Shown one piece after another: positions 33,242 to 48,361 of a stretch of DNA of 64,000 nt; within the stretch, counting starts at the first letter, position 1; the number at the start of each line of letters is the position of its first letter. The notes beneath the pieces were generated by a model that worked only from the letters and a program-made list of their open reading frames with translations, was not told where the DNA came from and did no database searches. The stretch spans positions 173,042,001-173,106,000 of the forward strand of contig OZ024743.1 of the NCBI GenBank assembly GCA_964016885.1, read 5' to 3'. A program made the translations under genes and the position numbers. The DNA is from Eledone cirrhosa (lineage: Eukaryota).

Positions 33242-33339
33242 TGTATGTATGTATGTATATATATGTATGTATGTATATATAATATATATATATATGTATA
33301 TATAATATATATATATAGATATGTATGTATATATAATAT

Positions 33340-33675
33340 ATTGGAAGAGGTTTTGGGAGCTGCTTCCTCTGCTGACGAAGAAGGGTTTCTCCCTGCGTAC
33401 GAAAGGCCGGTTATATGATTCCTGTGTGAGGTGCGCGATGTTGCATCATAGTGAGACATGGGCAACAACTGCAGAGGATATGCAACGGTTGGAGAGAAAT
33501 GAGGCAAGCATGCTCCGTTGAATGTGTAATGTCAATGTGCGTGAACGACCGAGCATGGATGTGTTGAAAGAGAAACTGTGATTAAGAGGGATAAGTTATA
33601 GAGTGCGGGAGAGAAGACTGCGATGGTATGGACATGTGATGCGCATGGAGGATGACCGCTGGGCAAAGAAGTGCA
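33340..33675 (+). pseudogene. RTE-type LINE fragment
   Basis: [11 protein letters not shown]...[18 protein letters not shown]...RLRWYGHVMRM. Confidence 0.8.
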
Positions 33676-34029
33676 ATTATGGTACAAATTAGCCCATATG
33701 TCTAGTCAATTTCTACAGGCTACTAGGAATATTAGGTAAATATCATGTAGCTGTATGTCGCAGAAAAGAAGCTATATCATTTGTCTATTATTTCTTCATT
33801 TTAAACTTATAGCCTCTTTTAAATGATTTTTTGTGTGGTTGATTTATACTGATTGGGAGAGGAAATACTGTATTTATTTTATCTAATGATTCTTTGGACT
33901 TACTTTTATATATATATATATATATAGGTTTTAATATAGATGAGATTCTACAGGACTAGAACTGTTTCATTCATTAGAAATCATCCGATTCAACCCGGAA
34001 TAACGTATATATATATATATATATATTAT

Positions 34030-34850
34030 ATACAATATAAAGAAATACACAGATACATGCGGACACATGAATATATCCACATATATCCCTGAATTTGTGG
34101 TGCCAACCTCAACCGTTGTTGCTCTATGAATAACTGGGACAAAATAATCCGAATGGATTAGATTGATTCAGCATCAGAGCTATATAATACATTATAAAGA
34201 AGGAAGAAACATTATATATAATTAATAAGATATACCATACCCAAATTCCCTCGACTACGTAGTTTCGTGGCATATTATGCAAAAACACTACATCACAGAG
34301 ATATAGTATTTTTGTGAGGTTTGCCGACTTATCAAGAGGATACCTCATTAAGAGTTTCAAAACACATCCGTAGTCAGGATATATGTGGATATATTCATGT
34401 ATATGTATGTGTCCGCATGTATCTGTGTATTTCTTTATATTGTTTATAACTCCCTATGGTAGAGTAACCATTGAAGTGTAGTGACTGCTGGAAGGCTATC
34501 ATTACTCATACTTCTCGCCATCCTAGCCACCTCTTCTACGGCTTTGATATAAGTACCCCCTCCGCCTCTGTGGTATTTTTTTCATGGTTGTAAGAGGCTT
34601 AGCTCTGTTTCTTGACCGCTGTATCACATGATAGACTCCCCCTCCGCCTTTCGGGATTCTATCTCGCGTCCTACGGATGTGTTTTGAAACTCTTAATGAG
34701 GCAAACCTCACAAAAATACTGTATCTCTGTGATGTAGTGTTTTTGCATAATATGCAACGAAACTACGTAGTCGAGGAGTAATGGAGGAATTTGGGTATGG
34801 TATATCTTATTAATTATATCTAATGTTTCTTCTTTCTTTATAATGTATTA
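34030..34850. mobile_element. PLE-derived nested inverted unit (family N) with a decayed HHR at 34249-34339 on minus
   Basis: 34190-34373 is inverted at 34670-34850; CCTC-TTGATAA...GAAAC TACGTA GTC-GAGG. Confidence 0.6.
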
Positions 34851-34867
34851 TATATATATATATATAG

Positions 34868-35400
34868 CTAACGCGTCTAGAAAGTTAACTAAAAATAGTC
34901 AATTTTCTAGACGCGACGCTTAACCTAAATACGGGACTTGTAAGACCTTTTCACAAGATTAATGAAAACTTAGCATACATCAACTGTAATTCGAACCACT
35001 CACTATCCATAATTAAATCCGTTCCGCGCAGCATATCCCTTAGGATCTCCCGCCTCTCGTCTAACCAACAAATCTTTGAGGAACATGCAGAGTACTACAA
35101 TACCGTACTAGACAAAGCAGGCCACTTAGATAGAGTAGAATATATAGATGAAAGCCTCCGCAAAGTACACACGAACACGCATAACACAAACTCCAGAAAC
35201 ACACGCACCCACATATTTACGCATAGAACTACAAATTATAATGAAAATAGATATACAACATCGAAATCAAGCAGGTCACGCAGTAGAAAATATATTTGGT
35301 ATAACCCCACATTTAACACCTCTATTAGTACTAACTTGCCCTCTATCTTCTTTAGAATAATAAATAAGTTCCACATTTTGAGTTCGAAGAATAAGTTACT
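34868..35400 (+). pseudogene. PLE RT thumb-region fragment
   Basis: VNFLDATLNLNTG...YINCNSNH...ISLRISRLSSNQQIF...IWYKP. Confidence 0.7.
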
Positions 35401-35697
35401 CAGCAATAAAATCGAAAGGACGATTTATTGTAACCATAGACTCAAAGAAAAGTTTTCGCACTACAAGTGCAAATCGACCCTTAACCTCTTACTACCACCT
35501 GACAAACTGCATATACTTAGACCTTCTACCCTCTTATTGTATACAACCCCTTTAATTACCCACAAAAACCAATACCTATATCCCTCCCTTCTCCTTCATT
35601 CCTTTTCTATTTCTTTTCGTTTTCTTCCTTTCTTCTCTCTCTTTTTTATGTCTTTTCTTTTCTTCTTCCCCTTCCCCCTTTTTTATATATATATTTA

Positions 35698-35735
<38 letters not shown>

Positions 35736-36239
35736 CCTCCCACAATAAACAATTTAATTCTCTTTAACTCACTACACGTCTAAATCGACGACATCATGTC
35801 TACATATATCAAAACTGATCAAAGATTCCTTCCACCTCTACCCCTCCCTCCATCTCAGTTTGTCACTCTACTTCCTAATTCTTTCCCCTTCCTCTCTCTC
35901 TATACTACTCCCTTTGTCCCTCCACTTTCTAATTCCTCTTCCTCTCTCTCTATACTAGCAAATACAATTCCAAAAAATGTTTTTCTATATATTAAGAAAT
36001 TGTTAAGAGTAACTTATTAACTATTTTGAAAATTTGGATGTGTACAACAATTATTATTGAGTGGCTTCTATTTTCAGTATACCAATATAAGGTTGCACTT
36101 ACCAATGAAACGGTCGTAAAATACTTTTTTCAATGCTTACCTGTGTTTTCTCTTTTATCCTATATATATATATATATAATTAAAAGTTTAACAAGGTTCA
36201 ATGAATTCATCAATGAATAAAGTTTCACAATAGATTATG

Positions 36240-37990
36240 AGCACTCTACAGCAAGTTTTCTGGAGTTATTAATATTACTTCAAAATATTAATAAATATAG
36301 ACATTCGTGTGATCAAATATATTTTATTATATATATTTCAGAGATACTGACCTATTTCAACAGTACGTCCTCATCAGATAAAATAAATTGATGCTTGACA
36401 TACCTTGACTATGTTGATGGTTATAATTTAGTCATGGCAGTGATTAGTTATGACAAAACTCAATATTTATATACCTTAAGTTGAAACATGAAAAATTACA
36501 TATAATACGTATGAGAATGAGTGCGTATGAGAATGTGTAAAAAGATATATAAATAATTAATAATATATAATACATAAACTTTTATAACTGTTAAAAATTT
36601 AAATAATAATAATATATTCATTCCTCATTATTGTTGATAGTGTAAATGATAGATCGAGATAGCAAATCATGAGGAAAGAGAGAAAAGGGGAAAAAAGAAG
36701 ATTTGATCGTAGGAACAAGAGAAGGGAGAAATGATCAAATGATAGAGAGAGGAAACTAAGTTAAAACGTATAGTCAAAGGGAAGGAAGTATGTATTGTAA
36801 CATGTAAATAGCGTATAATTAGATAGGGGGAAAGAATAATGCTTGACCGTTTATTTTCAAATCTTAAGTTAATTGAAAATATTCAATTAATCAAATGATC
36901 TAAGATTTTAGACTATAAAATTTTAAAGGATTTATATTATTGTATTATATCTGAGTTCAAGCAAATGTAACGTGAAAGAGATAAATTTATGTCCATCATA
37001 ACTCCAAATGTATTCACAAGTATATTTAAAAGTATATTAAAATCAAGAATATAATCAATATATTAGTAAAAAAAACCTTAAAATTAAAATGTTATTAATA
37101 AGTCATAAAGCATTATAAATGTATCTAATAAGATTTATCTAGATATACACATTTATATCATTTATATATAGACTATAAATTTTAAGGTTTAAGACGATAT
37201 TATTCACTTATATGTAGTATAATTTCTGTTGAGAGTGTTATAAATTTAATTAAAATAGATTTTACTGTATTTAAAATTTTACATCAATTTAAGTATACAA
37301 AAAAAATTTTATCAACTTGGATCTAAGGAGACTTTTATACTATAAATGCATAATCATATCCTCATGAATCGTAAATAACCTTTCAAAGTAATTAAACGGT
37401 TTACAAGCCTGAATACATTAAAGGTATCAAATATATAAGATATAAGATTTAGAAAATACGAAAACCAAAATTAAATGTATTTAAACAATGTAAGGGTCCT
37501 ACGTACTCAACAAGAGATCAGGTTAACACTTTCAATGTTAAGGTAGAAATCCTTAATCTAATATTAATAATATTAATAAATAATAAAAGCATTACAAGAA
37601 TTTTTAATCTGAGGCAATATTGTTTCACACTCAGAGTTATTAATAAACGTCTAAATCATTTCACATTTATACAATGTTTTTTCCTGATTTTTTGTGAAGC
37701 TTGGAATGTAGATGTAGCTTTGTGCAAGCAATTTGAGAATAATTCACTTTTTTTGTTAATTAACTTATCATACTTAGTAATTATTAATAGGGTCTCCATA
37801 TCACAAAGGTTGCAGTTAGGTGATATGGATGAGTTAATGTAGACTTGGCTATTACAGAGTTTTGACCAAAATATTGAGTACTCTAAATTTTTGTCTTTCA
37901 AGGACCATATTAGTTGTGATAAAGAAGTGGAGAATTTCTTATCCGGATTCGAAAAAGAGTGCTTGTGATTCGAATATCTTAATTTAAAGC
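36240..37990 (-). mobile_element. PLE 3' end (GIY-YIG C-terminus plus AT-rich 3' region with decayed HHR near 36345-36380)
   Basis: ORF 37656-37901 CNLCDMETLLI...LINKKSELFSNCLHK; CTGATGA-GGAC...GAAATAGGTC on minus. Confidence 0.6.
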
Positions 37991-38049
37991 CGCGGGCGAA
38001 ATGTCCGGAAAAGTTGTTCGAGTTGATTAGGGAATTAGAACGTTGTTGT

Positions 38050-38400
38050 TATTCAATCCAGAGCTTTGTAGTTAATCAAGAGATGTTTCCAGACATGTGG
38101 ACAACGTAAGAAGATTTCATTTCTTGAATTTATGCAATCGCTATTGCGTAATCTCCTTAGACTATTTATCCTTTCTTCAATACATAGTCCATAAGACGGA
38201 TTGCCTTTTGCGTATGGCTTGGAGTTAGTGATGGCTTTCCATTGAATGGAGTAGTCTATACCTGAGTCCTCGAGGGACCATACGTGGCTCGCGAGTTTCG
38301 TGGATGATCGTTTGTCCGGGTACCTAAAGGTCGATTGATGTTCAGGAACCGTTCCTTAAAACGGCCCTCCACCATACCACCATAGGATTTGACTTCCTGT
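38050..38400 (-). pseudogene. Second PLE endonuclease fragment
   Basis: FKERF...STFRYPDKRSSTKLASHVWSLEDSGIDYSIQW...NSRNEI. Confidence 0.65.
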
Positions 38401-38615
38401 GGTTGATTTGTTGAAGGGGACAAGCTTCAGGCTTTCGGCAAGAGCATGCTCTGATGAATAGATTGGTTATATAACAAAGTATTGGTGATCGATTGACGCA
38501 AAAACAGGCGGGTAGCGACCTACCAGTTCAGAGAAACAATTGTCAGCAATGTGAATAAAGCCCTTATAGTATAGCAAAGCATGTCACTCTTCTTTCTTGA
38601 TTTATTATTACTCCA

Positions 38616-38810
38616 AGGTCGCTGGATTGGCAGTATCGGTAGAGGGTCGGACGCCATGCTTTGACGCATAAAGTTACGGCCCTTGCCATTATGAGTTCAA
38701 ATGATGCCGAGATTAACTTTGCCTTTCATCCTTACGGGGTCGATAAAATAAAGTACCAGTAATATACTGGGTAATTGCTGGCCTTGTGCCAAAAGTAGAA
38801 ACAATTATTA
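38616..38810 (+). mobile_element. tRNA-derived SINE with target-site duplication
   Basis: Full-length homologue of 11999-12191; ATTATTACTCCAAG on both sides. Confidence 0.85.
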
Positions 38811-38972
38811 CTCCAAGTGTAAACTACATATAAATCACCGCGTACTCGCAGCATCACTATGGAAACGTCTTGTTGAGTCAAACTTAGCCAAGCGTTAGTA
38901 TTATCCACTACTCGGAGTACCCTAACTGGACTACATCTAAGTGGACTACCTATAACAATAATTTGTTATCCC

Positions 38973-39012
<40 letters not shown>

Positions 39013-39267
39013 GAAAGAATGAAACGAAATTTTATTTCTCACTCTTAGTACGGCTGATACCTAAATATAAGTATTTATACGTACATACATATATGTGTAC
39101 AGACGTACAGTAGTATGTTTACAAACAAACCGAACATTATAATAAATGTTCAGTAAACCCATACGTACATATATGTGTGCATGTATGTATATATATAATA
39201 CTACTGTACGTCTGTACACATATATGCATGTACGTATAAATACTTATATATATATATATATATATAT

Positions 39268-39715
39268 AGTTAAAAGAATAGAGGTGTAACACACAAGTTA
39301 TTATATATTGGTAAACGGAATAGAAAATGCTGACAAATTGTTCACAGTTGAAAAATGGTTTAATTAGGAATAAAAGAGTATTAGTGATTGTATGGGTTAG
39401 TATTCAGTTGTGGTTTTAAGTTTTTAAGTTTTTACCGGTTGCGCATTTCTAAATGCTTTTCAAAAATAATTTTGAGATAGAGTGTCCGTGCTGTTTGCTC
39501 TGATCAGAGCAAACAGATCAGAGCAAACAGCACGGACACTCTATCTCAAAATTATTTTTGAAAAGCATTTAGAAATGCGCAACCGGTAAAAACTTAAAAA
39601 CTTAAAACCACAACTGAATACTAACCCATACAATCACTAATACTCTTTTATTCCTAATTAAACCATTTTTCAACTGTGAACAATTTGTCAGCATTTTCTA
39701 TTCCGTTTACCAATA
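39268..39715. mobile_element. Fold-back element, family E, best-preserved copy
   Basis: Near-perfect palindrome about 39304-39717 around GCTCTGATCAGAGC (centre partly duplicated), tail 39268-39303, in (TA)n. Confidence 0.85.
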
Positions 39716-39733
39716 TATATATATATACATATA

Positions 39734-39906
39734 CGAGGGAAATCCCAAAAGTAAGGCGCCTTCCGATATTGCAACTTTTCCGTTAAAATCCTGTGGATGT
39801 TACTTCGGGAAACCTCAGGAACCAAAAGGCAGAGAGCATCCAGAGTGATCCGCCGATCTTTACGCATGTTTTCCTCGGAAGGAGACTTACTTTTGGGATT
39901 GCCCTC

Positions 39907-39907
<1 letters not shown>
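39734..39907. mobile_element. Mariner-type MITE, 174 bp
   Basis: TIRs CGAGGGAAATCCCAAAAGTAAG / CTTACTTTTGGGATTGCCCTCG, TA on both sides. Confidence 0.85.
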
Positions 39908-39954
<47 letters not shown>

Positions 39955-40314
39955 TCCACATTACGCTCCTTTCTTTTCCTTTTTCTTTTCACTTCATAAA
40001 CCTTGTTTGTAAATAACATTATTCTTTCTGCACCATTTCCTTAACTTGTCCAACACCACAATTCTACACCAATACATATTATTATCATTTGATAATGCAT
40101 AAAAATGCTGAAACCGGTAATAGACAATTATTAAATATATAAATAAATAAATAAATGCCATTGTTAATTAATAAATAAATCAACTAATACCTTAACACTT
40201 CACACAAAGTAAAATATTTCGTTTTAATCATTTTCTAACCCAGAAAAAAGAGAAAACAAAATAAAAAGGAAAAATAAATAATTTTCTTCCTAATAATCGT
40301 CTTTTTTTCCCTCT

Positions 40315-40374
<60 letters not shown>

Positions 40375-40376
<2 letters not shown>

Positions 40377-40578
40377 AAGGCGGGTAAAATTCCCGAGATC
40401 CATGGACGAGTTCTCTCCAGCGGTCTCTGTCCCTCATTATCGCTGCCATATCCTGCATCTCCAACAGACCAGTGTCTGTCCTTAGGGCATCAACATATGT
40501 TAACCTTGGTCTTCCTCTTCTAGTGTGTCCATGTAGGGGCTCCCAAAGGAGCACTGAGTGCAATGTCAACTCTGGATG
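40375..40578 (-). pseudogene. RTE-type LINE extreme 3' fragment in (TA)n
   Basis: Nearly identical to 17927-18130; ends GSREFYPP*. Confidence 0.8.
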
Positions 40579-40597
40579 TATATATATATATATATAA

Positions 40598-43500
40598 ATT
40601 CAGCGAGAATCGCATTCCGGCGGGTAGAAAAAGCGAAACGAAACGCAAAAATCAGAATTATGCTGGCAAGCGCTCCATAGTTAAAAACCAGAACTAAACA
40701 ATATGTTAAAACAAACTGAAAAAAGTGGTCAAGAAAGCATTAACCACCTAAACCAAAAAGCAAATCAAGCTAAACAGATCGAACAAGGAATATCACGTTA
40801 TCAACAGGTATTTTGCTCTGTACCAACTTTATGAATGACATAGAGCTTCGTAAAAGCACATGTGTAATTCATAAGGGGAAAAACCCCAGATCTTGGCAAA
40901 TGAATTCAGTATGTGTATATCATGCAAAAATGTGCAAATCGAATAAGCACTCAACCAGGTAGTTTTTAAAATAAACTTATGCAATTAATCTGCCAATAGA
41001 ATTATTAACAGGTTAATTGTAAGACTCGGGAGATTAATACAAATATGAATTCAGCGAGAATCGCATTCCGGCGGGTAGAAAAAGCGAAACAAAACGCAAA
41101 AATCAGAATTATGCTGGCAAGCGCTCCATAGTTAAAAACCAGAACTATACAATATGTTAAAACAAACTGAAAAAAGTGGTCAAGAAAGCATTAACCACCT
41201 AAGCCAAAAAGCAAATGAAGCTAAACAGGTCAAAACAAAATAAATGATAAAAAAAAATGATAAATATATATATATATATTTAGAAAAATTTAAAATAGAA
41301 ATAGAACTGTTGCGATTAAGAGCCAACTCCAACGAAGAAAAATTCAAGTCACTCGACCAACAGATGGACACAGATGAACAAAGCACTCTGAAGGCCTACT
41401 CTACGAAAAAACCTTAAAACTTTGGAAAGAAAACTGTGAGGATGGAAAAAAACGCCACCTGGTTCAATAACTACGAAATGGACTTAAAAAATGAACAACA
41501 TACAGGTAACCCATTTTTAAAACAAACTAAAACAAACTAAAACTCACACACCACATGCACAACAAATAACAAAAAAAGTAACAAAACGTCCAATATACCC
41601 CCAGCAAAACTATAACGATAATCACAGAAACCATAGACAAAACTATAACCCTACTAACAAAAACCGAAGATCCCGAACACAAGGCAGGACCCGATCCGCA
41701 GATCACAACCCACACAAAACCTATTCCAAAACCGTAGACCCCTGCCCACATAGAGCCTGTTCCAAAACCGTAGATCCCAACCCACACAAAGGAACAAAAT
41801 CTACAACCCGGACTATCAATAAACCGAACCTCAATACGTCCGAAACTTCTATACAAGACCACACAACAACAGGGGAAATACCATTAGATATAATAATACC
41901 ATTGAAAAAACATTCCAGAAAAATCATTTTTTAGACCAAGGCTACAGGACCCACGACACCCGGCGGCACAAACTGATTTTGAAAAACCGAAAATAATCAA
42001 CCTTTCAAATACAAACCTCTCAGCCCAACAAGTAAAAATTCTCTCCAAAGGACTGAAATTCACACCAACACCACAATACTCTAACCTCAATGAGATAAAT
42101 GACGATATCTCACACTTCTGTAGAAAATTACGTCTCACAGAGGAATTCTTTGACAAGGAGAATAACGACGAATCAATTGTACGGAATAAAAGCAGCTACA
42201 ACCCAACAAAAGGTAGAAACAGAGTTCTGGACAAATTTTGTGACCACATAGCTACTTTCCCATACCATGAACTACCGCAACCTAAACCCAAACCCAACAC
42301 GAGTCGAAGGGAATTGGAGATTATCCATGAACTAAAAAACAATACGGACATTATAATTAAGGAAGCGGACAAGGGAAGTACTGTTGTCATTATGGAGGCT
42401 GAAAAATATAAAAATTCTATATTCTCTCTCAAAATACTAATTACTATGAAAGTAAAAAACTACCAGCAATCAAAAACAATGACCAGATTAAACACACTGA
42501 TTTATCGATACCAGAAAGACCTAACTAAAAAGGAACGCGATTATTTAACACATTTTGAATACAAAACCAGCAACCTTTACGGACTTCCGAAGATCCACAA
42601 GTGTAAAATAATTAACGATGACTGTAAACAATCCACCTCAGCCTGCGTGAACACACAATACCCCACAGACCTTAAATCAAGACCAAGCAACTTTATAGAC
42701 ATACTACTAAAACTAATTCTCAAACACATACCAAGCCCTGTAAGAGACGATCTGGACCTCTTAAACCACCTCCACAAACATGTCAACAACGACATTATTA
42801 TTGTGTCTTTCGATGTAGTGAATCTCTACACAACGATCCCCCACCAATACGGACTAGAAGCAATAGGATTCTGGCTAGAGAAATATCCCAACGAGATACC
42901 GGGCAGAATAGAAAAAGGCTTCATCACCGAGGGATTAAAACTCATCTTACAGAAGAACTTTTTTTATTTCGATGGCAGTACTTACAAGCAAATATCGGGG
43001 ACTGCGATGGGTACAAAAGCCGCTCCAACTTATGCCAACTTAGTCATGGCATACTTAGAAGTCCAGATATATGAACAGTCCAAATCAAAATACGGATTGA
43101 ACTTCCACAAATATTTATCAGAGAATTGGAAACGCTACTTGGATGATTGTCCCATTCTTTGCTCCCACTCACTCGACCAACTGAAGGATTTAAAAAAACT
43201 TAATAAACGGCATCAATAACCACATCCAATTCACAATGGAATACAGCCAAGATCAACTCCCATTTCTGGACATCTTAATCTTAAAAAAAGACACAAATAT
43301 TGAAACTGACATACACTACAAACCAACAGACTCCAAACAATACCTGCTATTCACCTCCAACCATCCAAAGCACACAAAGACGAACATTCCTTTTAACCTA
43401 GCAAGAAGAATTTGCACAATTGTCTTCAATTATGAAACGCGAAATAAAAGACTTCAAGAATTAAAGGAAATTCTACTCGAAAGAGAGTACCCATAAATAA

Positions 43501-44857
43501 ATAATGGAATAGAAAGGGCTAAAGCAATAGGCATTGATGAATTACGAAATCAGAAACAAATTCAAGGTACGTCCATTATTCTATCATATATCTCAACACA
43601 CAACCCAAGAAATGCGGAAGCTTACAACACTATTCACAAGAACATCCCACTAATAAAACAAAACCCAAGAATGAAAAAAGCCCTTGCAACACACAAAATA
43701 ATCAAAAGCAAAAGACAACCGAAATCACTGAAAACATTACTCACCAATGCCAAATTACCTACCACAAACCCACAACCAACTGTCAAAAAATGTGGTCGCT
43801 CTAATTGTGGAACCTGCACTCACCTCATTGAAGGCAACACGTATACATTTAAATCAGGACAAAATTTTGCTGTAAAAAATCACTTCACTTGCTCATCAAA
43901 AAATCTACTTTATGCCATTAAATGTAAAGGATGCAATGAAGATTGTATAGGACAAACTAAACTCACACTCAGAAACAGAATGACAGTTCATCGCCAACAA
44001 TTACGAGATCCAACCACGGGACAGATATCACTAAGCGCACATCTAGACATATGCGCAAGTAATAAGACACCCAAATTCAAAGTCTTCCCATTTTACCTTT
44101 GCGCTAACAATACAACAGAACAAATACGAATAAATAAGGAAAATATGTTTATATAGACCAGCATTAAATATGGTTTAATATACATTATGTCAACACCATA
44201 ACATGCTAACCATCCAAACAGACACATACACACACACATAACATCTGCTACTTTAGAAAATAAAAACCCGAACTAAATAAACCTTAACATACGTTTGCGC
44301 TGACAATACAACAGAACAAATACGAATAAGTAAGGAAAATATGTTCATTCAAAAATATTCCTACTAAAGGAATCATCCCCCCCCCCACACACACACATAC
44401 AATATATATATATTCTCTTCATCTTAACATGCTAACCATACTCCCACACACATAACACACATACACACACATAACAACCCCCACCCCACACACACAACTC
44501 CCTCCCCCATTTCTACTAATAGAATCATCTTCCAATACACACACACACAAGCACACAAATAAACATACACATCTTTACTTTCTTTACTTCAATAGAAAAT
44601 CTGAATTCTGACACCCCAGCGAACTAACCATATTCACTGAACCAGAACAATTATCCCATCCAATTTCTCTTGACCATTATCTTTTGCTTGTCATAAAATT
44701 CTCTAAAGAGGCTACAAAATAGATTTCCAAATAAGGGCGCGAAAATTTAATGAAAACTTGTTCACGTGACAGAATTAATTTCATTTATAACCAATCAAAT
44801 TACGTTTATTTAAAAAAAGCCTTCGTGAGCCCCCTTTTTTTAAAGTAAAAAGAAATT

Positions 44858-44890
<33 letters not shown>

Positions 44891-45600
44891 GCACACAAGC
44901 ACACAAATAAACATACATATCTTTACTTTCTTTATTCAATAGAAAATCTGAATTCTGACAACCCAGCGAACTAACCATATTCACTGAACCAGAACAATTC
45001 TCCCATCCAATTTCTCTTGACCATTATCTTTTGCTTGTCATAAAATTCTCTAAAGAGGCTAAAGAATAGATTTCCAAATAAGAGCGCGAAAATTTAATGA
45101 AAACTTGTTCACGTGACAGCCATAATTACATTTATAACCAATCAAATTACGTTTATTTAAAAAAAGCCTTCGTGAGCCCCTTTTTTTAAGTAAAAAGAAA
45201 TTCAAACACTCATATATGAAAAAAACAACCCGTGCCCCCCCCCCCACACACCTTGTTTGAAGAACTTTGTAACGCGAACTGGCGCGAAATTTATTATAAT
45301 TATTGACCAACCAATCAAATTACTTCTCTAAAGACCTGGCATTTTGAGCCACTTTTTTTTCATATAAAACAAGTAACATTCAGAGACCAACCAGATGTGA
45401 GAAAAACCACAGACCCTCCATCTCAACTCTACTTTTGAAAAGCAGAAGAACTGCAAAACCGGTAAAGGAACCAAATAAATATATATATATTTTTAAAAAT
45501 AAGACTCCAGTTGCATTTTCCATTTCATCTTTTTTTCTTTATACTTTCACTCGTGGAGGACACCTCGGTTATTTTTCATTTTGTAAAAAAACCTCACTTT
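40598..45600 (+). mobile_element. Near full-length Neptune-type Penelope-like element, degenerate
   Basis: RT 42314-43219 (IIIKEADKGS, LYGLPKIHK, SFDVVNLYT, GTAMG, RYLDD), thumb 43236-43496, Cys-rich linker CGRSNCGTC plus GIY-YIG-like endonuclease 43671-44156; decayed HHR 45432-45467 (CTT-TTGAAAA-GCAG aagaa CTGC-AAAACCGGTA-AAG). Confidence 0.85.
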
Positions 45601-45855
45601 CTAATATATATATATATATATATATATTTATAAAAATAACAGATTAAAGTTTAAGCAAAGAATCGCTGCTTTCACCCTTAACGAAGATCCCGTTAAGGGT
45701 GAAAGCAGCGATTCTTTGCTTAAACTTTAATCTGTTATTTTAATAAATATTTGCTCTACGGTTCTTATATATTTGATATATATTTATCCTTATCGAGCCC
45801 TCTTTGGATTTTAGTCTTCTAATTTATTATTATTACTATAATATATATATATATC

Positions 45856-47385
45856 ACCATCATCATCATCATCGTTTTACGTCCGTTCTTCCATGCTAGC
45901 ATGGGTTAGATGGGTTGTCCTGTTGTGGGCAGTGTCCAGTCGGCTGACCTTGTCTTGCTCATACGGGAAGGAACTGATTCTGGCTTGATTTCTACAGCTG
46001 GATGCCCTTCCATAACACCAACCTCATTTACAGTGAGTGTTGGGTGCTTTTTTCCGTGGCGCCTACACGTCCACTTTACAGTGTGGGCTGGGTGTTTTTT
46101 TGCCATGGCACCTCCACGACCACTTTGCAGTGGGAGAGTGTGGGGGCATATTTTCTATATGCTTCAGCTTCGGCTTGTTCCTGAGGGGGTCGAGTCTTTC
46201 TGTATTACTGTGTGACGCCAGAAGTCACCGTCGTGTGTCATTACTCTTGAGAGGTGCAATTGGGTAAGGTCGGCCTTTATCACCTCATCCCAGGTCTTCT
46301 TCGATCTCCCCACTCCGCGGCTTCCATCGACTTCTACTGCTCTGCACCTTTTTATGCAGCTGTCATCCTTCATACGCATCACATGTCCATACCAACGTAA
46401 CCTATTCTCCTGCACACAGCATCCAATTCCTCTTATGCTCAGTCTCTCTCTCAATTCGTTTATAATTTGCCGTTCACGTATATTACGTATATTACACATC
46501 CATCGGAGCATGCAGGCTTCGTTTCTTTCTAATCTATACAAGTCTTCTACACACAGCACCCAGGTTTCACTTCCATGTAACATTGCTGTTCGTATACACG
46601 CATCATACAATCTGTCTTTCATTTTGAGGGAAAAGCCTTTTGCAGCTAGCAGTGGCAGTAACTCCCTGAATTTCTTCTATCTCGTTATTATCCTAGTTAT
46701 TGTACTTTCCGAAGACTCACCTTCGCTGCTAATTCGGTCACCTAGGTAGCAGAAGCTGTCTACTGTTTCTACAGAGCCCTCCCAGAGTTTGGTGGTGCTT
46801 GTTTCCTGTGGCCGTTTGCTGCTTGCTGTCCCAGTGCAGCTGCAACATATGAAGCCTATATTCTTAGTTAAACTTCCTGAGATCCCACTATATCTCTTGT
46901 GTACCCATTGTTTGCATTTGGGGCAGAGGATGGAGTTCCTACCTACACCTTTCCTACATACTGAGCAAGGTCATTTCCCTGAGGGAATCTGGGTTCTGTT
47001 TTCTTGTCTACTTACAAGAACCTTAGTCTTTGTCAGGTTGGCTTTGAGACCCTTTCTTTCTAGTCCCTGCTTCCATGGTTGGAATTTCTTTTCTGGTTCC
47101 CCCATGGATTCAGCTATAAATGCGAGATCATCCTCATACAGGAGTTCCCATTGGCATCCGGTCTTAAACTCCTCCGTTATTGCCTGCAAAACTATAATGA
47201 ACAGGAGAGGGCTAAGAACAGAGCCCTGGTGGACACCGACCTGTATGCTAAATTCCTCGCTATACTCATTGCTAACTGCTCCTCTATACATGGTTTGTTC
47301 AGCTTTCACAAGCCATTCATCTACTCCTAATTTTCTAAGAGCCCGCCAGATTATAGCATGGGGAACTCTGTGAAAGGCTTATTCC
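45856..47385 (-). pseudogene. RTE-type LINE, 5'-truncated, with (GAT)n tail
   Basis: VGVHQGSVLSPLLF, LYEDD, LHGSETW, LRWYGHVMRM; (CAT)n at 45856-45873 on plus. Confidence 0.85.
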
Positions 47386-47408
47386 AGTTCGACGAATGCA
47401 AGGTAGAC

Positions 47409-47469
<61 letters not shown>

Positions 47470-48361
47470 ACTTTTACCAAAAACTTTCTCCTAAAACGTT
47501 TTCCTTTTCAGCCTCCGATTTTTTTGTTTATGGTTTTTCTGTTTACTTTTTCTTTTGTTTATGATTATTTTGTATTGATTTTTTCGTTCCCATTTCCTTA
47601 CCTGACTCTGTTTATCCTATTTGCATTCACCCCCTTTGTGTCATTTCCCCCTCGTACCACACACTTCTCCTCTCTTCCACCTAGTTATTGCTTTTGTCCA
47701 CCGCACCTCCGCACACACATATACACACACATACAGACCTTCCCTACCACTCGCTTGTCTATCATCCTCCTAACTGCTATCTCCTCTCTCTCTCACATCC
47801 TTCGCCCTGCCTTCTCCACCGCCTTCCTTGACCTTCTTGACCACTTCCTGTTGCACGCGCACCCCACAACTCTCTACTTCCTCTGCACCATTCCATGGAT
47901 TTTACACCACTGGTCGCACGCTCCAGACATTCACCTTCTTATACTCGGATTATTCACCATCTGTCCATACACTCACCGGGAAAACATTCAGGAACACACA
48001 CAAACACACTATTTTCGCACACACGCAACCATACGTTCCCACGTATCCACACCACACCAAAACACACACGTGCGTATCCTCACATACACATACTCAGCCT
48101 CCGGACTCCGCACGCCCCCTCTCCCCCACCCCTCCGACCCCTCTCTATCCACACGCACACCCTGACTTACTCCCACCCCATGTACACACTGGTTTTCCTA
48201 TTACCCGAACATGGAATATGTATATGAAGCTGCATAAGTTGGCTCAACTTATAATAGAAAAGAAATATGCAAATAAGATTAATCACCCCATTTACACAGA
48301 TGAGAAAACTATATTTTCTCGGCTGTCTTCTAGTCTAGCAGTAGCAAGCGGTGGGAGGGAG

